Part shown: positions 19,406 to 28,077 of the stretch, piece after piece | Position numbering within the stretch: the first letter of the stretch is position 1 | Layout of the letters: each line of letters begins with the position of its first letter | From: a virus | Length of the DNA: 64,000 nt | IMG/VR virus record: IMGVR_UViG_3300028394_000055 | Location: 28,632-92,631 of that record | Reading direction: 5' to 3' (one strand) | Notes under the pieces: model-generated | The model's input: only the letters and a program-made list of their open reading frames with translations | Database searches by the model: none | Told to the model about the DNA's origin: nothing | Translations under genes and position numbers: made by a program

Positions 19406-19433
19406 CTCTATCTCCTAAAAATGTATTATAACA

Positions 19434-19652
19434 CTAAATGCGGAATTGGTCAAGCATTTCTTTTGCCTCATTGACCTCAGTGATCTCATCGGCAAAGGCC
19501 ATGATCATCAACTGGATCAGTGATCGGCACTCAAGACGTTCTGCCCGGGGCAGGGTAGCGATGAATGCTTCCACAGCATTGTATTCCTCCAAGGACCACA
19601 TGATGTCGCATAGGGCCTTTTGCTTGTGGGTTAGTCCAGTAATTAGTTTCAT
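19434..19652 (-). CDS. hypothetical protein
   Basis: own promoter and RBS. Confidence 0.8.
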   Translation of the reverse strand: MKLITGLTHKQKALCDIMWSLEEYNAVEAFIATLPRAERLECRSLIQLMIMAFADEITEVNEAKEMLDQFRI

Positions 19653-19692
19653 CGTCGTCTCCTAAAATTGTATTATAGCAGGGTTCTAGGGT

Positions 19693-19887
19693 TCAGTCAA
19701 CCGGTTTGAATGTCCGGCCTTTTAGGTCAAGTACCAAGGGTGTCTTGAACTTGAACACTTGGTTTGATCCTTGTGGCACGTAGGCCAAGGCACTTGCACT
19801 TCGTTCTCCGGGCTTGCCCTTGAAGATGTAGATGTGATTGCCACCTTGCCCATCGGGCCACCGGGTGGTCTCTTGTAGGACGATCAC
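19693..19887 (-). CDS. hypothetical protein
   Basis: LQETT.W...NHIY...F..PL..D..GRTF motif; coupled to the upstream ORF. Confidence 0.75.
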   Translation of the reverse strand: MIVLQETTRWPDGQGGNHIYIFKGKPGERSASALAYVPQGSNQVFKFKTPLVLDLKGRTFKPVD

Positions 19888-20105
19888 AGGGCACCGGCCT
19901 TGCGGAACATGTCCATGAACGCCGTGTTGATCAAGTCCATCTCCTCTTGCTCTACGTAGAAGTCCGTGGTGGGATCGTAGTACATGCCTTCCTTGTTGTC
20001 GTAGTACAGAACACGACCTGAGAAGTTGAACGGACCTTCCAGTCCCTTGCGGGGACCATACTTGTCACGCATACGATCTACGGTGTCCATTACGCGATAT
20101 CCCAT
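19884..20105 (-). CDS. conserved phage hypothetical protein
   Basis: GLEGPF..GRVLYYD.KEG.YYDP.TD; own promoter and RBS. Confidence 0.85.
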   Translation of the reverse strand: MGYRVMDTVDRMRDKYGPRKGLEGPFNFSGRVLYYDNKEGMYYDPTTDFYVEQEEMDLINTAFMDMFRKAGAL

Positions 20106-20141
20106 GCTGTGCTCCTTAGTGTGTAAGTATGTATTATAAGG

Positions 20142-20318
20142 TCAAACACCCACTATGTCAACCAGTTCTTCCCAGGCTTCTTCGATGGTGTCAAAGCCGC
20201 AGACATCATAGGATCCATCGTAGAGTCGAACATAGAACTTGCCGTTGCCCGGACTGGCTTCTGTATCCAAGCCCGCTTCGCCCACGCTGGGGATAACTCG
20301 CATGGTCTGATCAGTCAT
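20142..20318 (-). CDS. hypothetical protein
   Basis: start at MTDQT overlaps the upstream stop. Confidence 0.65.
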   Translation of the reverse strand: MTDQTMRVIPSVGEAGLDTEASPGNGKFYVRLYDGSYDVCGFDTIEEAWEELVDIVGV

Positions 20319-20674
20319 ACAGCCGCCTTGGCAAAGTAGCGATAGGGCAAGCCAACCAGGTAGCAGAGGAACTCGTCGTCCCCATTCGAACCTTCTGCCT
20401 CGTGGATCCAACGCAGGGCCATCTCACGGTCCTTAGCACCGCAGGCCATTACGGATTGGATCCGCATCTCAAAGGCGTGTGCGGCTTTTTCCTCTGCGGC
20501 CTTACGCAGGAGTTCATTGTCAGCGATGATGACCTGCAGACGATCCAAGTCTGCTTCAATCTCTGCTTCAGTGCAGAGGTCCAAGCGGATGTGACGTGGG
20601 CGGAAGCCGTGTGCGTCCTTGTACATATCCCAGAAGATGCTCTGTAGTTCTTCCATGCGGGTCATTGTTTCCAT
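20315..20674 (-). CDS. conserved phage hypothetical protein
   Basis: WDMYKDAHGFRPR...ALRWI...GLPY.YF; start at METMT after GGAG. Confidence 0.85.
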   Translation of the reverse strand: METMTRMEELQSIFWDMYKDAHGFRPRHIRLDLCTEAEIEADLDRLQVIIADNELLRKAAEEKAAHAFEMRIQSVMACGAKDREMALRWIHEAEGSNGDDEFLCYLVGLPYRYFAKAAV

Positions 20675-20747
20675 AGTGTGCTCCAGTGTGTTGCTGTTCA
20701 TGTGTGTATTATAGCAGGAAACAATGCCCTTGTCAACCAAAGGGTCT

Positions 20748-20981
20748 TTACAGATTCTCACCAGAGACCGTATCAATGGCACCAGTGTAGACAGCAACGA
20801 CGCCGTTGCCTTCCTCAAGCCAGCCATTTATGTTCCAGACGTCACGATGTCGATTGTAGGATTCCACCCACATGAGTGCATCCTCACGGGTGTCGAACTC
20901 TTCCTCTCCGAGCACCTTGTGATCATTCACATGACCGGCATAGATAGGGTAGATTTGAACATTGTGTACGATTGCCATCAT
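20748..20981 (-). CDS. hypothetical protein downstream of the structured leader
   Basis: GGAGCAC RBS; 77 aa. Confidence 0.75.
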   Translation of the reverse strand: MMAIVHNVQIYPIYAGHVNDHKVLGEEEFDTREDALMWVESYNRHRDVWNINGWLEEGNGVVAVYTGAIDTVSGENL

Positions 20982-20987
20982 GTGCTC

Positions 20988-21199
20988 CAGTTAGGAAAAA
21001 GTTAGAGGAACTTTGCTGATCAATTCTGAGCTAGCTACTCTCAGATCAATCGCCGTCATTACTGCCTGCCTATTTCGTCTGCTTCTCCTTGCGGATTGCC
21101 ATCTTGTAAGTGGAGGAGTAGCCTGCTAAGGCGGGGCTCAAACCCATAATCCCATCACTCACCTAACGATGCAGGTAACCTCTAACTCTTTCCTAACTG
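20988..21199 (-). ncRNA. candidate structured ncRNA closed by a 21-bp stem
   Basis: Inverted repeat at 20988-21008 / 21179-21199 (one difference, a G-U pair in the RNA) encloses 170 nt with several hairpins and no ORF; lies directly behind a consensus promoter. Confidence 0.6.
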
Positions 21200-21242
21200 T
21201 CTATGTGTGTATTATAACGCACATAGACAGCCTTGTCAACCT

Positions 21243-21506
21243 TTATTTGTCACTGCCCCAATCTTTTTTCTCACCAAACGATTCATTGTCGTTGAAGCCT
21301 GCGGTGTAGGCTGTGATCTCAGCGGCAGTCATGTTCTCCAAGTCCACACGAGGTGTGGTGCTTGTGGCACCTTCAAAGTAGTGCGGATGATATCCACGAC
21401 CGTAGTAACTGTCGGCACTGCCCCGATCATAGGGGCCACCATGCCGTGGGTCATAGTTAGGTTGGCTGGTGTGGTTACCAGCCACTGCGTCCATATATGA
21501 GGCCAT
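21243..21506 (-). CDS. conserved phage hypothetical protein
   Basis: HGGPYDRGSADSYY.R...PHY...EI.AY.AG motif. Confidence 0.85.
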   Translation of the reverse strand: MASYMDAVAGNHTSQPNYDPRHGGPYDRGSADSYYGRGYHPHYFEGATSTTPRVDLENMTAAEITAYTAGFNDNESFGEKKDWGSDK

Positions 21507-21516
21507 TGTCTGCTCC

Positions 21517-21717
21517 TTAGTAAGATTGGTGACTGTGACCAATGCGGTACATCACAGTGGGCACATTCTCTTCTGTGTCCGGTGTGTAAGGCTCTGGCAA
21601 CATGATCGTTGCGAATTCGCCATAGCAGTAATAACCGCTTTCGGTCACTACCAACTCTGCGTCGCCGGGCAAACGGCTCAATGCCTCTATCATCGCTGCT
21701 ACTGTTATTACTGTCAT
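21517..21717 (-). CDS. hypothetical protein
   Basis: TVAAMIEALSRLPGDAELV; own promoter and RBS. Confidence 0.8.
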   Translation of the reverse strand: MTVITVAAMIEALSRLPGDAELVVTESGYYCYGEFATIMLPEPYTPDTEENVPTVMYRIGHSHQSY

Positions 21718-21778
21718 CTTCTGCTCCTAGTGTGTGTTGCTGTCTATGTGTGTATTATAGCAGGATCCTAAGACCCTG

Positions 21779-21988
21779 TCAACCGGAAGTGTATTCTCTA
21801 ACCCACTCAAATTGGCTAGCCACCGCAAGGGCCGGCACCCACTTGAACTCAGAGCGCTTGCCATACATCTTGTCAAAGTCCAAGCAGACCAAGACCCAAC
21901 CTGGCTCAGGGCTGAAGCCCACGGTCTCTGCAGTCCGAACGATTTCAACGATCCTACCGTCTCTCATCTTTGCTACTTTGATCATCAT
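21779..21988 (-). CDS. hypothetical protein
   Basis: start at MMIKV after AAGGAG; own promoter. Confidence 0.75.
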   Translation of the reverse strand: MMIKVAKMRDGRIVEIVRTAETVGFSPEPGWVLVCLDFDKMYGKRSEFKWVPALAVASQFEWVREYTSG

Positions 21989-22050
21989 GTGCTCCTTGCT
22001 GTCTATGTGTGTATTATAGCAGGTTTGGAGAACCCTGTCAACCTCTAAGG

Positions 22051-22401
22051 TTATCGGCAATCAATGTAAGCAGATTGGATCCATTGACCCCAAGGGTTAC
22101 GAACCCAACCACGCTGTTCAAAGGGCATGGTTCCAGGAGGGCATTGAACGAACCCTTGCGGTGCTTGTGGTTGAACATAGACTTGGGGTTGTTGTTGAAT
22201 TACAACAGGTTCCTGACGATTGGCATTAGCGATCGCTGCACCAAAGATGCCGCCGATGATCAAGGGCACTAGGACGTCTCCGCCGGTCTGAACTCGCTCA
22301 ACGATCACGGTGCGTGGCTGATGGCGGTATTCACGGTAGTAGTCTGCTTGAGCAGCACCGACTAAGGTTAATCCGATTGCAAGGGCGATGATCTGTTTCA
22401 T
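22051..22401 (-). CDS. secreted/membrane protein with glycine-zipper-like segment
   Basis: signal peptide ending AAQA, LIIGGIFGAAIA, Q/P/V-rich tail. Confidence 0.75.
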   Translation of the reverse strand: MKQIIALAIGLTLVGAAQADYYREYRHQPRTVIVERVQTGGDVLVPLIIGGIFGAAIANANRQEPVVIQQQPQVYVQPQAPQGFVQCPPGTMPFEQRGWVRNPWGQWIQSAYIDCR

Positions 22402-22491
22402 AGTGTTCTCCGTTGTATGCTATTATTATAGTCTCAAAGTATTTACCTGTCAACCTGTAGGGTCTTTCAAAAGAGGTTGACAACCATAGAT

Positions 22492-22580
22492 GAACCCCGT
22501 ACACTTTGGGCATACGGGGTTCTGGGGGTTTGCCCGGGACACTACCCCCGGGACTTTTGTCCAGTACGCGATGCTGGACT
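22492..22580 (-). other. GC-rich triple-hairpin intergenic structure
   Basis: GAACCCCGTA/TACGGGGTTC, CCCGGG/CCCGGG and GTCCAG/CTGGAC stems. Confidence 0.55.
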
Positions 22581-22592
22581 TCGGAGCGTTCT

Positions 22593-22868
22593 TTAGACTA
22601 GGCCAAGAGCCATTGCCCGGTAACCGGCTGCGATCAACTTGCGTGAAGGCTGTCCGATTACGTATTCTTTAACTTCTACGTGATTACCAGCGACACGAGT
22701 GTTACCGTACACTGCAAAGCCAGCAGCACGGATGCGGCTAACTTCAGCACTGATGTTCTTGATACCGAAACGCTTCTCTGCTTGGCTAGCGGTAACAGAC
22801 TCTCCGGACTTCAATGCGCTGAATAGTTTGTGGGTCTTGGTGCCCTGGTTGATGTTATAAGTTGTCAT
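22593..22868 (-). CDS. winged-HTH DNA-binding protein
   Basis: LFSALKSGESVTASQAEKRFGIKNISAEVSRIR..G..V pattern. Confidence 0.7.
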   Translation of the reverse strand: MTTYNINQGTKTHKLFSALKSGESVTASQAEKRFGIKNISAEVSRIRAAGFAVYGNTRVAGNHVEVKEYVIGQPSRKLIAAGYRAMALGLV

Positions 22869-22916
22869 TTGTTTTCCTTAATGTTATACTGTTCACACAG
22901 TTACAACAATATTACA

Positions 22917-23174
22917 TTAATCCTTGATCAATGTCAATGTCCTTTGGAACTTCTTGGCTGGTTTCTTTTTGCCAAACTCTTGATCAGTGTAGAACTCAAT
23001 CAACCTACGCTGAATCATAGTCAGCAAGTCACCGTGCTCGTTGTCAATGATGAACCTAACAGGGCAATGAGCCCAAGACTTACGTGCTTGGAACTCTGCA
23101 AACCACTGTCGGTGTTGTTTGGATTGGGCGTCAAACACTACCCATTGTCTGCCATATAACGAAAGCCTACTCAT
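22917..23174 (-). CDS. conserved phage hypothetical protein
   Basis: FDA.SK.HR....EF....SW..CPVRF motif. Confidence 0.8.
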   Translation of the reverse strand: MSRLSLYGRQWVVFDAQSKQHRQWFAEFQARKSWAHCPVRFIIDNEHGDLLTMIQRRLIEFYTDQEFGKKKPAKKFQRTLTLIKD

Positions 23175-23188
23175 TGTGTCTCCTAGTG

Positions 23189-23260
23189 TCTTAGTTAAAC
23201 AGAGTACTCATTTTCTTCGATGCCCGGCACTCTGTTTAACTAAGAGGGGCATATAGCCCC
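23189..23260 (-). other. 17-bp perfect stem-loop (RNase III-like) plus small hairpin
   Basis: TCTTAGTTAAACAGAGT(23189-23205) pairs with ACTCTGTTTAACTAAGA(23229-23245); GGGGC-ATATA-GCCCC at 23246-23260. Confidence 0.65.
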
Positions 23261-23277
23261 AATACCCCGCTATTAGA

Positions 23278-23667
23278 TTAGTAGGGTGCGTCTTCCATCT
23301 GGGCAACGATCGCTGCCTTGGAGACAGTGCTCTTAGGAGCGGCCTTGACCTTAGCCTTGATGGATTCCATCGTAGGTTTGGCCTTAGCAGCCTTAGGAGC
23401 CTTGGCGGGCTTAACGGCACGCTTGTCTACAGCCTCGAACAATGCTGCTTCAACTTCGGCATTGGTAACGCCGTTTTGAGTAGCGAAGTCAATGCTCATA
23501 AGATACGCAATGGCATCTTCTTTAGTCATTGGCTCTTTGAGCTCGATGATGTCAATGTCCTTGTGACCATTCTTGGCCAAGACCTTGACGCGAAGAGCAT
23601 CATTAGCGAAACGAACTTTGAACTCACCGTTGAGACGGGAAACACCTGCATGTGTAAAAACTGACAT
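23278..23667 (-). CDS. hypothetical protein with Lys/Ala/Pro-rich histone-like tail
   Basis: start at MSVFTH after AGAGG; KPAKAPKAAKAKP tail. Confidence 0.8.
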   Translation of the reverse strand: MSVFTHAGVSRLNGEFKVRFANDALRVKVLAKNGHKDIDIIELKEPMTKEDAIAYLMSIDFATQNGVTNAEVEAALFEAVDKRAVKPAKAPKAAKAKPTMESIKAKVKAAPKSTVSKAAIVAQMEDAPY

Positions 23668-23763
23668 AATAAACCTCTTTCTCTGTGTGTAAAAATATGG
23701 ATGCATAATTGCGTGTCCATATGTTAATTATACAACGGTTATGGTCCGTTGTCAACCATTATT

Positions 23764-23946
23764 TTAAGAATTTATTGTTTCGAATGGGCTCAGCTCCTCC
23801 TGTGGCGTATCTGCCACAAAGTTGCTTTCGATCCAACCATATACAATCTCTATAGGGCACTCTAATTGAACTGCAATGCTACGGGCACTGAACCCTGCAA
23901 TGTACATCTGCTCAATGTCGTATGATAGTTCGCTCATCTTACTCAT
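23764..23946 (-). CDS. small HTH-like protein
   Basis: IEQMYIAGFSARSIAVQLECPIEIVYGW. Confidence 0.7.
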   Translation of the reverse strand: MSKMSELSYDIEQMYIAGFSARSIAVQLECPIEIVYGWIESNFVADTPQEELSPFETINS

Positions 23947-24151
23947 CGTAGGCCTCCTCGCCCATTTCGGTTACTGTTTCTTCAAACACCCGAACATCAA
24001 CGATGCGGGCTGTTTGATCTTCATTGCTAACACCTTCAAAGGCATCTCGGAAACTTTGGCACTCTGCCAAGAAGTTGAAAACATCTTGTCGATCCCAAGT
24101 GCCCGGCACTTCCAATACCTGTACCAGTTCTGTGCGTACTGTGACTTTCAT
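23939..24151 (-). CDS. hypothetical protein
   Basis: overlapping start/stop with both neighbours. Confidence 0.75.
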   Translation of the reverse strand: MKVTVRTELVQVLEVPGTWDRQDVFNFLAECQSFRDAFEGVSNEDQTARIVDVRVFEETVTEMGEEAYDE

Positions 24152-24615
24152 GCTGTTTCCTTTTCTAATGCTTCTGTTAATAGTGTCAAACGCTTGCTCA
24201 AAGGCGTGCTTGTGTATGTGTCACCACAATACCAAACACCGTCCTTGATAATGTAGTAGTACTCAGCACCACAGCCGTCTGCTTGCTCCAGGAACTCTTC
24301 GAAGGTGTGTGCTACTTGGAACTCAGTACCAGTCTCGCCGCGGTCACGTGCGTAGAACGTGCAGTAGCCTGCTTCTTTGGCTGCTTCGTATGCCAACTTG
24401 TCTAATTCGCTAGTGTGTGGGCTGAACGGATGTGCTTCACCAATTACCCGGCCCAACGAACTCATGTCGCCTAATGCTACAAGGTTGTTGGCTCGAGCAC
24501 TGTCGTAATGCTCTTGGAGGATTGCTCCGTTGTGTGCGAGATAGCCATCCCAGTGGCAATAAACGCTTTTGACCTTGTCACCGTGCATGACTCCAATGCG
24601 TGATCGTGTTCCCAT
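24148..24615 (-). CDS. conserved phage hypothetical protein
   Basis: MGTRSRIG...YCHWDGY...G..L..HY...EYYY family motif; own promoter. Confidence 0.88.
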   Translation of the reverse strand: MGTRSRIGVMHGDKVKSVYCHWDGYLAHNGAILQEHYDSARANNLVALGDMSSLGRVIGEAHPFSPHTSELDKLAYEAAKEAGYCTFYARDRGETGTEFQVAHTFEEFLEQADGCGAEYYYIIKDGVWYCGDTYTSTPLSKRLTLLTEALEKETA

Positions 24616-24678
24616 AGTGTGCTCCAGTTAGTGTGTGTAAGTGTATATTATAACAGGGTTCTTAGGCCCTGTCAACCA

Positions 24679-24888
24679 TTATTTGAAATAAACTACCAAA
24701 TTCCGTGTAGCAGTCTTTACGAATGCACAGTTGCCATCTACCGTGTGCTTGGGGTTGTTCATTACTTTATTGTATATAATTTTGACACTGCGAGCGCTTT
24801 GCTCGGGTGTAGTGTACTTGCCCTGGCACCCGCACATACAGCCGCGGTTGCCGCTATAAACTTCCTCTACGTTGGCTAGTGTAAACAT
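24679..24888 (-). CDS. hypothetical protein
   Basis: YSG..GCMCGC.GKY motif; own promoter and RBS. Confidence 0.8.
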   Translation of the reverse strand: MFTLANVEEVYSGNRGCMCGCQGKYTTPEQSARSVKIIYNKVMNNPKHTVDGNCAFVKTATRNLVVYFK

Positions 24889-24973
24889 GAACGCTCCTTA
24901 GTGTGTAAGCATTAATTATAACAAGGTTTTACCACTTTGTCAACCAACCCTACACACCGTAGGGTCTTTGTTG

Positions 24974-25321
24974 TTAATCTACAACAACCAGTTGTCCGAA
25001 CTTAGCAGTCCAACTCTTGAGGAACTTTGGACCCACATCACATGACACATAGTCATTGCCCTGCATACCCTGCTCGCTATAACTGACATCCAAGCCCAAC
25101 TTGTGCTCGACTAGGAAGTTGGTCACATCTTCAAAGAACTGACCATCTGTGTAGATCAAACCGTCTTTGCGTGTATCCCAAGTCTCGGTGTTGAAGTAGA
25201 TACGCAGTTCGCCAAAGTCTAGTTCGTCACTGACATAGCCCAACTGCATATCAACGATCTCTACAGCCTTTCGGGCTCGACTCCAGTAGCCATCGCCTTT
25301 GGTGTTGAAAATTACTGTCAT
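24974..25321 (-). CDS. conserved phage hypothetical protein
   Basis: GLIYTD..F...YSEQGMQG..YVS.DV motif. Confidence 0.85.
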   Translation of the reverse strand: MTVIFNTKGDGYWSRARKAVEIVDMQLGYVSDELDFGELRIYFNTETWDTRKDGLIYTDGQFFEDVTNFLVEHKLGLDVSYSEQGMQGNDYVSCDVGPKFLKSWTAKFGQLVVVD

Positions 25322-25421
25322 TGCTGCTCCTTAGTGTGTAAGCATGTATTATAGCACCAAATAGAAACCCTGTCAACCGTAGGGTTATTTGGTTAGGATC
25401 TTGACCATCCACTCAATTGCA

Positions 25422-25913
25422 TCACTCATTTTCGTTCTCCTCTTCTTGCTCTGCTTCGTACTCTGCTACAGACTCGCTGATGCCAAAGGTCTCATCCAAG
25501 TCATCGGGTAGCAGGGCTTCGATCTCCTCGGCACTCATGTCACCATATTCATAGTAGTCATCATCACCGTTCTCCCACTTGCCGCAGAAGGCCATACCAG
25601 GTTCGTAGTAGTAGGCCAGTATCTTGAAGCCCTGCTCCATCAACTGCTCATAGGCACTAGTAGGGGGAGCCCAGGCACTATCAAAGTTGAACACAACACC
25701 ATTGGCATCCTGCTCTACCATGTGAGCATCTTCACCGCCCACATCCCACTTGGTGCCCCAGTTCTGGACACACCAATTGTAGTCCCACTCACCGTTGGGG
25801 AATGGTACGAACTCTTGTAAGAACCTGCCTGCTTGATAGGCCGTCTTAGCCCGCTCAATCATAGCAGGGTCGTTGTGGCTGATGTTCAGCGTGTTATTGC
25901 ACCAATTTGGCAT
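25422..25913 (-). CDS. DUF1281/YubB-like ferredoxin-fold phage protein
   Basis: MPNWCNN, WCVQNWGTKWD, FDSAWAPP, YYEPGMAFCG. Confidence 0.85.
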   Translation of the reverse strand: MPNWCNNTLNISHNDPAMIERAKTAYQAGRFLQEFVPFPNGEWDYNWCVQNWGTKWDVGGEDAHMVEQDANGVVFNFDSAWAPPTSAYEQLMEQGFKILAYYYEPGMAFCGKWENGDDDYYEYGDMSAEEIEALLPDDLDETFGISESVAEYEAEQEEENENE

Positions 25914-25914
25914 G

Positions 25915-26187
25915 TTATTCTCCAGTGTAATATTCGTAAAAGGATTCTTTAACAGCGGGATCCAACCGGATCAACTCTGTTACACATTGATTCAAGTAGT
26001 CCTGCTTCTTACGCAGTTCTACACCACGTACCTCGCCATCACAGGTCAAGTTCTCTGGGCTTAGGTCTGCATCCAACGATTGGGCAACCCGCCGGCGACC
26101 TGAGGCACTCTGCACCTCAAACTGCTCACCTTTGAAGATAGCGTTCCAACGGTTCTTCTGCTCTACATAGGCTGTCAATGCTTTCAT
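25915..26187 (-). CDS. conserved phage hypothetical protein
   Basis: LSPENLTCDGE motif; own promoter and RBS. Confidence 0.85.
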   Translation of the reverse strand: MKALTAYVEQKNRWNAIFKGEQFEVQSASGRRRVAQSLDADLSPENLTCDGEVRGVELRKKQDYLNQCVTELIRLDPAVKESFYEYYTGE

Positions 26188-26245
26188 CTCTGCTCCTTAG
26201 TGTGTAAGTAAGTATTATAGCAGGGGATTGCTCCCCTGTCAACCA

Positions 26246-26530
26246 TTACATTGTGTGAAACAGTTCGCGACTCGGGTCGTTGCAGGTTCCCTGGCACTCA
26301 CGGCGGATCTCAACTTCCTTACCAGTCAAACAGTTCTTCACAGTCACAAGCTGGCGACCGTTGAATGCGGCAACCTGCTTGACGAACTCTTTCTGCTTGC
26401 GTTTGGGCAATAGGCGCAACATCTCCTGCGCCATCTGGTTGGTGTAGCCTGCTGTGAATGCGGCACCTTGCTCGCTGAACATGAGGTTCAGTTCTTCTTT
26501 GAGTGCAGTTTGATTGTCTGTGGTAAACAT
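26246..26530 (-). CDS. hypothetical protein
   Basis: VKNCLTGKEVEI...C.DPS.E motif; own promoter. Confidence 0.8.
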   Translation of the reverse strand: MFTTDNQTALKEELNLMFSEQGAAFTAGYTNQMAQEMLRLLPKRKQKEFVKQVAAFNGRQLVTVKNCLTGKEVEIRRECQGTCNDPSRELFHTM

Positions 26531-26581
26531 GAGTGCTCCTTAGTGTGTAAGCAGTAATTATAACAAGGTTTTACCAGTCTG

Positions 26582-26830
26582 TCAAGCCAGTGCTCGGAAT
26601 AACCCTACAGCCATTGTGGCTAATGCTGCAACGTTAACTGCCATCTGTGGCTTATTTGCCACACGTATGGTCCATGTCAAGAACAATATAGTTCCCACAG
26701 CAAAGGCCGCAATGTTCCAAACGTCCTTATGATAGGCACTGCCCATGGTGTTGAGTACGTGCCCTGCTGTGATAAAGAACGCCCCTGTCCATTGTAGTAC
26801 TTCGTCTTTGTTAATATTAAGCACAGGCAT
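26582..26830 (-). CDS. small multi-pass membrane protein
   Basis: three hydrophobic helices; start at MPVLN. Confidence 0.75.
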   Translation of the reverse strand: MPVLNINKDEVLQWTGAFFITAGHVLNTMGSAYHKDVWNIAAFAVGTILFLTWTIRVANKPQMAVNVAALATMAVGLFRALA

Positions 26831-27191
26831 TCTCTCGGTCAACCTGATCGCTTAACTCAGCAAACTTCTTGCTCATACGATATACTTGACTCTTAGCCTC
26901 AGTCATAGCCTCAGCAATGAAGTCCTCGGCAGTCCCGTCAGTAAGCACCTCACGGGCATCTTCGTATAAGCATCCGCCCAAATAGGCACTGCCAAGTTCG
27001 AGCCCTTCGACGAGTACACGTACCCGCAACATGAACCATTCGTAGGTCCCGTTGTCAATCTTACGGAGGATCTCGTCCATGTCGTCTGATTCGAAGTGAT
27101 CCCTGGGGTTAAAGTCTTCATAGGTCTTATCCACAATAACGGTGTAGCCGTCACGTTCAAACTCAGCGATTGTGTCGTAATATTGTGTCAT
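26817..27191 (-). CDS. conserved phage hypothetical protein
   Basis: WFMLRV...ELGSAYLGGC.Y motif. Confidence 0.8.
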   Translation of the reverse strand: MTQYYDTIAEFERDGYTVIVDKTYEDFNPRDHFESDDMDEILRKIDNGTYEWFMLRVRVLVEGLELGSAYLGGCLYEDAREVLTDGTAEDFIAEAMTEAKSQVYRMSKKFAELSDQVDRENACA

Positions 27192-27478
27192 TATGCCAAT
27201 TCCTTTTCAACGATGGTGAGCATGTTAGCAGGCACTCTCCACATGCCAGTGGTTGTGCATACTGTGACAAACTTGATAGCGATCTTCATCACGGTGCCCT
27301 GCATAGTGCGGCCTGTCTTAGAACTAGTGAAACTGACCTCGTCGCCGTAGCGTAGGCTTCGTTTGGTGTTTTCACGCAGGCGTGCTTGTGCAAAGCGGAC
27401 AGCGTCCACAATGCTAACCAGTTGAGCGTTGGTAAAGCCACCCTGCAGGATCTCAGTGTTAATCTGCGTAATATTCAT
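27191..27478 (-). CDS. SH3-like hypothetical protein
   Basis: GDEVSF...GTVMKI..K.V.V....WRVP..ML; own promoter. Confidence 0.8.
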   Translation of the reverse strand: MNITQINTEILQGGFTNAQLVSIVDAVRFAQARLRENTKRSLRYGDEVSFTSSKTGRTMQGTVMKIAIKFVTVCTTTGMWRVPANMLTIVEKELA

Positions 27479-27530
27479 CTCATGCTCCTTAGTGTGTAAG
27501 TAAGTATTATAACGCCGTTAGGCACTCTTG

Positions 27531-27770
27531 TCAACCTAAAACTATCACGCGGCGAGCACCTTCGAAGTCGCCTTCTTCTTCGTACATCTCGTCCTCGTCT
27601 AAGAGCCGGTCCATACGGTGATATTCACTGTACTTGACCATGCCCTCTAATACGCTGCCTACTTTGGGGGCAACCTCTGTGCGCCAGTGATCGCCATAGT
27701 TATAACTGAAGTGAACTTCAGCATTGGGATCTAAATCCATCAATTGCTCGATTAGTTGAAAGACTTGCAT
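27531..27770 (-). CDS. hypothetical protein
   Basis: V.QLIEQL..LDPNAEV..SYNYGDHWRT; own promoter. Confidence 0.8.
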   Translation of the reverse strand: MQVFQLIEQLMDLDPNAEVHFSYNYGDHWRTEVAPKVGSVLEGMVKYSEYHRMDRLLDEDEMYEEEGDFEGARRVIVLG

Positions 27771-27850
27771 CTCATGCTCCTTAGTGTGTAAGCGTTAATT
27801 ATACAATGGTTTTACCACTAGGTCAACCAAAGACCCTACAATGCCTAGGG

Positions 27851-28066
27851 TTAATACTTGACCACGCGATCCACTTGTGTCAAGTAAGCCCATGAGTCAT
27901 CGTAGTCAATGCCCGGGAGTCCATTCTTGATATCCTCATCTACGCCCGTTACAGTAACAGTCTTTGGGCTACCCGTGCCAAAGTTATCACGCACACGCAC
28001 GATGGATCCCTCGCGAATGTCGCTGAGCATGACTCGCTTGAGAACTGTTGAGTATTGTGTAAACAT
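27851..28066 (-). CDS. hypothetical protein
   Basis: AAGGAG RBS; IKNG.PG.DY...WAY..QV motif. Confidence 0.8.
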   Translation of the reverse strand: MFTQYSTVLKRVMLSDIREGSIVRVRDNFGTGSPKTVTVTGVDEDIKNGLPGIDYDDSWAYLTQVDRVVKY

Positions 28067-28077
28067 AAGTGCTCCTT

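Noticed and set aside
20988-21199. tRNA, SRP RNA, hammerhead or retron msr-msd identity for the structured element
   Set aside because: GGGTTTGAGCCC only loosely resembles a T-arm and there is no cloverleaf. The SRP internal loop and the hammerhead CUGANGA core do not match. No reverse transcriptase is in the window.
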